A stretch of DNA of 64,000 nucleotides from assembly GCA_963932905.1 (NCBI GenBank), contig CAWVRN010000001.1, positions 32,001 to 96,000 on the forward strand, given 5' to 3'. The notes under the pieces were generated by a model. It did not search any database. It saw only the letters and a program-made list of their open reading frames with translations, and had not been told where the DNA came from. A program made the position numbers and the translations under genes. This DNA comes from an uncultured Bdellovibrio sp. Its GTDB lineage: Bacteria > Bdellovibrionota > Bdellovibrionia > Bdellovibrionales > Bdellovibrionaceae. Positions 57,941 through 64,000 of this stretch are shown here, piece after piece (position 1 is the first letter of the stretch; every line of letters starts with the position of its first letter).

Positions 57941-59104
57941 ATGAACATTCACGAATATCAAGCAAAAGAAATCTTGCGAAAATTTAACGTAGCTACGCTA
58001 AAAGGCAAAGTAGCTCTTAACCCTGAAGACGCTGTTCAAGCAGCCAAAGAAATCGGCGGTTCGGTTTGGGTTGTCAAAGCTCAAATTCATGCCGGTGGTC
58101 GCGGTAAAGGTGGCGGTGTAAAAGTCGCAAAATCTTTAGACGAAGTGAAAGAATTCACAAAAAAAATGATCGGTATGACATTGGTCACTCATCAAACAGG
58201 CCCTGAAGGTAAACTTGTACAAAAAGTTTTCATCGAACAAGGCTGCAATATTCAAAAAGAATACTATGTAGCATGTCTTGTTGATCGTGTTACTGGTCGC
58301 GTGACAATGATGGCATCGAGCGAAGGTGGCGTAGACATCGAAGAAGTCGCCGAACATCACCCAGAAAAAATCAAAAAAGTAACGATCGATCCCGTGATTG
58401 GCTTAGCTGGCTTCCAAGCTCGTCAATTAGCTTTCGAAATCGGGATGGCTCCAGAAGTGGTAGCAAAAGCATCTAAATTCTTTGTTGGTTTATACCAAGC
58501 GTTCTTGCAATCAGATTGCTCAAGCGCAGAGATCAATCCTTTAGTTGTTACTAAAGAAGGTGATGTTCTAGCTTTGGATGCAAAAATGAATTTCGATTCA
58601 AATGCTCTTTACCGTCATCCAGAGGTTATGGAATTACGCGACCTTTCTGAAGAAGATCCAGCGGAAATCGAAGCATCTAAATTTGATCTAGCATTCATCA
58701 AACTGAACGGTTCTGTTGGTTGCCTAGTGAACGGAGCAGGTTTAGCGATGTCGACTTTGGATATTATCCAATTGCACGGCGGACAACCAGCGAACTTCCT
58801 TGATGTCGGCGGCGGCGCAAACAAAGAAAAAGTAACCGCGGCTTTCAAAATCATCCTTAAAGATCCAAATGTAAAAGCAATCCTAGTCAACATCTTCGGC
58901 GGTATCATGAAGTGTGACGTTATTGCTGAAGGCGTAATCGCAGCTTCTAAAGAAGTGGGATTAAAAGTACCTTTAGTGGTTCGCCTTGAAGGTACAAACG
59001 TAGAATTAGGTAAGAAACTATTAAAAGAGAGCGGTTTAAACATCACTCCAGCAGATGACTTAACAGACGCAGCTAAAAAAGCAGTTGCAGCAGCTAAAGG
59101 CTAA
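57941..59104 (+). CDS. sucC: succinate--CoA ligase beta subunit
   Basis: [36 protein letters not shown]. Confidence 0.98.
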   Translation: MNIHEYQAKEILRKFNVATLKGKVALNPEDAVQAAKEIGGSVWVVKAQIHAGGRGKGGGVKVAKSLDEVKEFTKKMIGMTLVTHQTGPEGKLVQKVFIEQGCNIQKEYYVACLVDRVTGRVTMMASSEGGVDIEEVAEHHPEKIKKVTIDPVIGLAGFQARQLAFEIGMAPEVVAKASKFFVGLYQAFLQSDCSSAEINPLVVTKEGDVLALDAKMNFDSNALYRHPEVMELRDLSEEDPAEIEASKFDLAFIKLNGSVGCLVNGAGLAMSTLDIIQLHGGQPANFLDVGGGANKEKVTAAFKIILKDPNVKAILVNIFGGIMKCDVIAEGVIAASKEVGLKVPLVVRLEGTNVELGKKLLKESGLNITPADDLTDAAKKAVAAAKG

Positions 59105-59118
59105 GAAAGGAAATCACT

Positions 59119-59988
59119 ATGGCAATTTTAATCAATAAAGAAACACGAGTTATTTGTCAGGGCTTCACAGGAGCTCAAGGTACTTTCCATTCTGAGCAAT
59201 GCGCAGCTTATGGAACTAAAATGGTTGGCGGCGTGACTCCGGGTAAAGGCGGATCAACTCATATTGGTCTTCCGGTATTCAACACGGTTTTAGACGCTAA
59301 AAAACAAACGGGCGCAAACGTATCTATGATCTTCGTTCCACCAGCGGGGGCAGCAGATTCAATCATGGAAGCCGTAGATGCCGATCTAGATTTAGTGATC
59401 TGTATCACAGAAGGTATCCCTGTTTTAGATATGGTACGCGTAAAAAGATTTATGGAAGGTCGTCGCACGCGATTGATCGGTCCAAACTGTCCAGGTGTTA
59501 TTACTCCGGGACAATGTAAAATCGGTATCATGCCTGGCCACATCCACAAACCAGGTCGTATCGGCGTTCTTTCACGTTCAGGTACATTAACTTATGAATC
59601 AGTATTCCAATTATCTCAGCTTGGTTTAGGTCAATCTACATGCGTAGGCATCGGCGGCGATCCAGTAAATGGAACTAACTTCATCGACGTCTTGAAACTG
59701 TTCAACGACGATAAAGATACTGATGCTGTGATCATGATCGGTGAAATCGGCGGATCGGCTGAAGAAGAAGCTGCCGCTTACATCAAAAAAGAATTCAAAA
59801 AACCAGTGGCAGCGTTTATCGCGGGTGCATCTGCGCCTCCTGGAAAACGTATGGGCCACGCGGGCGCGATCATCAGCGGCGGAAAAGGCACAGCAGAAGC
59901 GAAATTCGCAGCTTTAGAAGATGCGGGTTGCAAAATTTCTAGAAGTCCGGCCGATATGGGCGCGACTTTAAAATCAATGCTAAAATAA
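59119..59988 (+). CDS. sucD: succinate--CoA ligase alpha subunit
   Basis: [26 protein letters not shown]. Confidence 0.98.
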   Translation: MAILINKETRVICQGFTGAQGTFHSEQCAAYGTKMVGGVTPGKGGSTHIGLPVFNTVLDAKKQTGANVSMIFVPPAGAADSIMEAVDADLDLVICITEGIPVLDMVRVKRFMEGRRTRLIGPNCPGVITPGQCKIGIMPGHIHKPGRIGVLSRSGTLTYESVFQLSQLGLGQSTCVGIGGDPVNGTNFIDVLKLFNDDKDTDAVIMIGEIGGSAEEEAAAYIKKEFKKPVAAFIAGASAPPGKRMGHAGAIISGGKGTAEAKFAALEDAGCKISRSPADMGATLKSMLK

Positions 59989-60058
59989 CTTGAAAAACCT
60001 ATTAGGGGTGTTACTAACACCCCTGTCTATTAAAACGAGAACTTAAAGGGAGATTACA

Positions 60059-60484
60059 ATGGGAATGGAAAGAACATTTTCTATCATTAAACCAAATGCA
60101 GTTAAGAAAAACGCTATCGGTGATATCGTAAAACATTTTGAAGATAACGGTCTTCGCATCGCTGCGATGAAACTAGCTCTTTTATCAAAAGAAAAATGCG
60201 AATTGTTCTATGCTGAACACAAAGAGCGCCCATTTTTCGGCGAACTAGTGAGCTTCATGACTTCAGGTCCTGTTGTTCTTATGTGTTTACAAGGTGAAGG
60301 CGCAGTTCTAAAAAATCGTGACCTTATGGGCGCAACAGATCCTAAAAAAGCTAACCCTGGCACAATCCGCGCTAAACACGGTGATAGCATCGGCGAAAAC
60401 GCAGTTCACGGTTCCGATTCACTTGAGTCTGCAAAACGCGAATTAGCAATTTTCTTCGACAAACACGAATTCGCTAACTCTTAA
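60059..60484 (+). CDS. ndk: nucleoside diphosphate kinase
   Basis: [30 protein letters not shown]. Confidence 0.98.
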   Translation: MGMERTFSIIKPNAVKKNAIGDIVKHFEDNGLRIAAMKLALLSKEKCELFYAEHKERPFFGELVSFMTSGPVVLMCLQGEGAVLKNRDLMGATDPKKANPGTIRAKHGDSIGENAVHGSDSLESAKRELAIFFDKHEFANS

Positions 60485-60510
60485 TTTTTAAAATTATAGA
60501 TTAGAATTTG

Positions 60511-60538
60511 AAAGAGGCCCATGAGGCCTCTTTTTTTT
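60511..60538 (+). terminator. intrinsic terminator
   Basis: AAAGAGGCC..GGCCTCTTTTTTTT between ndk and the convergent UdgX fusion gene. Confidence 0.8.
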
Positions 60539-60555
60539 GGGGTGCCAGGCTACTT

Positions 60556-61953
60556 TTACGTAAGCGGTGCGTCCGGAAAAGTAGCCTGGCACCTATTATG
60601 CGCCAAGTACAAATCGGCTACCAGTTCTTCAAATTTTTTCAGTTCTTCATTTTTGTTTTGTGCACGCAATATCGCTGCCGGATGCCAAGACGTCAGAATA
60701 ACCGCAGCAAATGGGCTTTCTCTATGTATTTGTCCCCGTTCTTTTTGAATATTCACAAGCCGCCCATACAACGCAGTACCCGCCGTCATTCCCAAAGCTA
60801 GAATCACCTTTGGTTTGACTCTAGCAATCTCGGCTTCTAACCAAGGTTTGCAAGCTTGCATTTCTCGGCCATTGGCTTTTTTGTGAAGACGTTCTTTATC
60901 TTGAGGCTCCCACTTGAAATGTTTTACCGCATTTGTCAGGTAAATAGATTCACGCGAAATTCCTGCTTTCTCTAAAGCTTCAGACAAAACTTCTCCGGCA
61001 GGGCCGACAAATATTTTTCCCGATCTATCTTCCTCGTCACCCGGCTGTTCGCCCACAATCATCAATTCTGCTTGTAAATTTCCTTCGCCAAATACAGTTT
61101 GTGTTGCATGTCCCGCAATCGGACAAGCCGCGCAGGATTTTGCTTTCTCACGAAGTTCGCTCCAGCTGGCATTTTCCGGAACTTCGGCTAAATATCTTGG
61201 AACCGCTGCCATGTTTTGTAAACGCTTGGGCGTTTCGCGAATCAGTTGTTGTATCACCGCTGTCTCTGGCATACTGGCCCAATACTTCACCGGCATTTCG
61301 GTCTTCATCATTTTAACTTTTAATCGAGCAGGATTGAAAATCGATTTATAGTAAGTTGTCCATAATTCATCAAACGAATCCGTATGCTCAAACTCGTTTT
61401 GCAGAATTCCTTTTGAAAAGCTGAGCTCTTTTAAATCCCAGTGTGCCGATAGATCAGGAGTAAAAATCGACCAAGGTCTATCACCGAATCGTCGCACAAA
61501 GAATGGCGCCGCCAATTCTAAACAACGATGTTCGGGGTTGTGCCACGCCACGTAGGTTTCCTGGCCATCGACTTCTTTTTTCTTGAAGCGAACAAACGCA
61601 TGCATTTTATGAATATCGCGACTGACGGATTTGGCCCACACGTCGGCTTTACGAACATCATCATTCACAGAAACTTTTAGAAGGTTTTTGTTTTCATGAT
61701 TCATTCGATAAATCAATCGGTACAATAATGACCAGCGATCGGCATCGCGAACGCACGCTACGTATTGCGCGAGTTCCAAGAATTCACTCGTCACTACCGG
61801 TCGAGTCAACGGCTTGGCGGCAAAATCCTGTTCCATAAACAGGCTCGGACTTTGCGCCCAGTCTGCCTTTTCTGGCGCGACCCCTTGCTGCAACAGGAGC
61901 CGCGCCCGGCTTCGCCAATCATCAAATTTAATCTCTTCGCCAATTGAGTTCAA
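60556..61953 (-). CDS. DUF4130 (TIGR03915-type) domain fused to a UdgX-family uracil-DNA binding protein
   Basis: N-terminal RDIHKMHAFVRF, FFVRRF..WSIFTP, IFNPARLK..EMP.KYW..MPE; C-terminal CxxC, VFGEG, GEQPG, NAVKHFKW..RLHKK, ACKPWL.AE, HP. Confidence 0.9.
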   Translation of the reverse strand: MNSIGEEIKFDDWRSRARLLLQQGVAPEKADWAQSPSLFMEQDFAAKPLTRPVVTSEFLELAQYVACVRDADRWSLLYRLIYRMNHENKNLLKVSVNDDVRKADVWAKSVSRDIHKMHAFVRFKKKEVDGQETYVAWHNPEHRCLELAAPFFVRRFGDRPWSIFTPDLSAHWDLKELSFSKGILQNEFEHTDSFDELWTTYYKSIFNPARLKVKMMKTEMPVKYWASMPETAVIQQLIRETPKRLQNMAAVPRYLAEVPENASWSELREKAKSCAACPIAGHATQTVFGEGNLQAELMIVGEQPGDEEDRSGKIFVGPAGEVLSEALEKAGISRESIYLTNAVKHFKWEPQDKERLHKKANGREMQACKPWLEAEIARVKPKVILALGMTAGTALYGRLVNIQKERGQIHRESPFAAVILTSWHPAAILRAQNKNEELKKFEELVADLYLAHNRCQATFPDAPLT

Positions 61954-63224
61954 ATTTCACCCGTCAACGCAGTTGCAGCCACATCAAACAGGGACAGCTG
62001 AATTTCTGGGGGTTTCAGTCTGTCTTTCAGATTTTGAACATCGATCAAAAAGGCATCTGGATTATGATCTGACGTTGTAACGAAGTATTTTGTTTTAGCT
62101 AATGAAACTCTAATTTTTGACAAATCTAAAAGTGTTATCTTTCGATAGGGTCGCATTTGAATAATGCGCTCAACATTTCGAACGCCTAGTCCCGGGACGC
62201 GCAGCAATTCTTCCCGAGTCGCTGCGTTCACATCCACCGGAAAGAAACTGCGATTCTTCAGCGCCCACGAAGTTTTTGGATCTATATCCAAAGCCAAATT
62301 TGATTCTTCCACCGTCGTTAATTCCGCCGCTTTGAAATCATAGAATCGGATCAGCCAATCTGCCTGGTATAGTCGATTCTCACGAACCAAAGATGGTTGC
62401 TGCGACGGCAACAACACATCTGCATCGGGAATGGGACTATAAGCGGAATAGTATACTCGCCTTAAAGAATAACGCTGATACATTTTTTCCGATGCGTTTA
62501 AAATCAACGCATCCGAACTTTGGGTCGCTCCGACTATCATCTGCGTCGTTTGCCCAGCCGGAGCAAATTTGGGAACAAATCGTGTTTTCCTTTTCTGTTC
62601 TTCTTTTGTTTCAGAAACTTTTTCTGAAATCTGATTCATTGATGTTGTTGCTGCCGAAATTGTTTTTGCAGGTGCTAAAACATTTAGATCCGCCTGCGTT
62701 GGCATTTCTACATTGGCACTGACCCTATCGGCCCACAAACCAGCTTCTAAAATTAATTCTTTTGAAGAGCCCGCGACTACTTTTAAATGAATGTATCCAT
62801 TAAATTTATGATCTTGCCTTAAGCTGCGCGCGACTTGAATCAACATTTCCATCGTGGCATCCGAACTGTTGATAATTCCAGAGCTTAAAAACAAACCTTC
62901 GATGTAATTTCGGCGGTAAAATTCCAAAGTTAAATTGACGATTTCTTCCGGAGTAAAACGAGCGCGCTTAACTTCGCTGGTGACCCGGTTCACACAGTAT
63001 TTGCAGTCATAGATGCAAAAGTTGGTCATTAGGATTTTAAGAAGACTGATGCAACGACCATCAGGTGCATAGCTATGGCAAATACCCATTCCTTCGACAT
63101 TACCCATTCCATTTTTATCACGTTTTCGTTCGGATCCACTGCTGGAGCACGAAGCATCGTATTTTGCCGCATCGGCCAGAATCGCTAGCCTTGATTTGAT
63201 AGAGTCCCAATCCATAGTCTTCAT
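61950..63224 (-). CDS. putative DNA modification/repair radical SAM protein (TIGR03916-type) with C-terminal HhH
   Basis: AAKYDASCSSSG, GICHS..DGRCISLLK, CIYDCKYC, RLYQADWL.RFY, LLRVPGLG. Confidence 0.93.
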   Translation of the reverse strand: MKTMDWDSIKSRLAILADAAKYDASCSSSGSERKRDKNGMGNVEGMGICHSYAPDGRCISLLKILMTNFCIYDCKYCVNRVTSEVKRARFTPEEIVNLTLEFYRRNYIEGLFLSSGIINSSDATMEMLIQVARSLRQDHKFNGYIHLKVVAGSSKELILEAGLWADRVSANVEMPTQADLNVLAPAKTISAATTSMNQISEKVSETKEEQKRKTRFVPKFAPAGQTTQMIVGATQSSDALILNASEKMYQRYSLRRVYYSAYSPIPDADVLLPSQQPSLVRENRLYQADWLIRFYDFKAAELTTVEESNLALDIDPKTSWALKNRSFFPVDVNAATREELLRVPGLGVRNVERIIQMRPYRKITLLDLSKIRVSLAKTKYFVTTSDHNPDAFLIDVQNLKDRLKPPEIQLSLFDVAATALTGEI

Positions 63225-63226
63225 AA

Positions 63227-63252
63227 TTTACATATAACTTACATATGTAACT
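63227..63252. promoter_or_regulatory. palindromic operator candidate
   Basis: Perfect TTACATATGTAA (63239-63250) plus an adjacent degenerate TTACATA copy just upstream of the radical SAM start. Confidence 0.5.
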
Positions 63253-63326
63253 TGAACAACTAGGAAATGAATATCTGGTCCTCAAACCTAGTATATGGCA
63301 TATTCGCCGGTTATCGGCGGATAATT

Positions 63327-64000
63327 ATGTATAAAGTGGGCGATCAGTTTCAAATAACAATAGAGAAAATGGCGAATCGAGGAAAAGGTCTAGGTCGCAT
63401 CAACGATCAGGTTGTCTTTGTTCCTTATTCGGCTCCGCAAGACATATTAACTGTCAAAGCTACTAAAGTAAGTAAGAACTTTATCGATGCGGAAATCATT
63501 GAAATAGTTAAGCCTAGCGATCTGCGTATAGTTCCGGCCTGCGAGTATTTCTCTGTTTGTGGTGGCTGTCATTTTCAACACTTGGCCTACTCAACGCAAG
63601 TTTCGATCAAAGATCAATTGGTGAAAGAAACCTTACAAAGAGCCCTTGGTCAAATAGATGAATCTGTTTTTCAATCACCTATTGCTTCACCTCAAGAATG
63701 GCATTATCGCAACCGAATCCAAATTCATATTGAAAACAATGATTTTGGTTTTATTAAAAGAAATTCAAATACAGTAGTTCCCATAAAAAACTGCAAAATC
63801 GCAGAACCAGCTCTGAACAAGGCTTTGACGGATTTAAAAAATTCCAATTCAGTTAAAGGCGCAGAAAAAATCGAATTACTGATTGATAAAAATTTGCAGG
63901 TTCACCAACGCGATCTAAATTCGCAAGGTCAGCCGGTTTTGTTTTCTCAAGTTAATCGTTTTGCAAACCAATTGTTGGTGGATTCCGTAGTTGATAAAAT
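63327..64000 (+). CDS. TRAM-domain RNA (uracil-5-)-methyltransferase, RlmD/TrmA family; runs off the window end
   Basis: MYKVGDQFQITIEKM..G.G.GR....VFVP..AP.D, CEYFSVCGGCHFQH Fe-S motif, WHYRNR; absent from the ORF track because there is no stop in the window. Confidence 0.9.
   Translation, partial: MYKVGDQFQITIEKMANRGKGLGRINDQVVFVPYSAPQDILTVKATKVSKNFIDAEIIEIVKPSDLRIVPACEYFSVCGGCHFQHLAYSTQVSIKDQLVKETLQRALGQIDESVFQSPIASPQEWHYRNRIQIHIENNDFGFIKRNSNTVVPIKNCKIAEPALNKALTDLKNSNSVKGAEKIELLIDKNLQVHQRDLNSQGQPVLFSQVNRFANQLLVDSVVDK

Noticed and set aside
60508..60801. Plus-strand ORFs after ndk
   Set aside because: They start inside the terminator and are antisense to the UdgX fusion gene.

Overview
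Bacterial chromosomal window, AT-leaning (about 40% GC by eye). Gene content suggests a predatory Bdellovibrionota (Bdellovibrionaceae-like) genome; this is inferred from an FQNC-type lipoprotein, Tad pilus parts, a CFI-box-CTERM protein and many Cys-rich exported hypotheticals. Housekeeping blocks (amgK-murU, galU-priA, rpsB-tsf-pyrH-frr-uppS-cdsA-rseP-tsaB, rluD-pgeF, cbs-cgl, tRNA-Phe, mla, sucCD-ndk, partial TRAM-type RNA methyltransferase) alternate with accessory exported-protein genes and hydrolases (S9 and S8 peptidases, PHB depolymerase, fungal-type glucoamylase). Main observations: (1) two very basic small ORFs missed by the ORF track (24 aa H1-tail-like, with its own promoter, RBS and terminator; 41 aa); (2) a ~130-nt multi-stem RNA that sequesters an OMP RBS and abuts a sigma54-like motif; (3) an exported protein made of eight 12-aa aromatic repeats, lying between a sigma54 activator and a degenerate paralogue of it; (4) a TadG-like gene followed by two Cys-rich exported proteins; (5) an array of small exported genes sharing a disulfide repeat domain; (6) a collapsed PTS operon; (7) a two-gene cassette inserted antisense into the mla cluster; (8) a radical SAM / DUF4130-UdgX module with a palindromic operator candidate. 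No CRISPR array, rRNA gene or intact transposase/integrase was seen. All calls come from reading motifs by eye; no searches were run.
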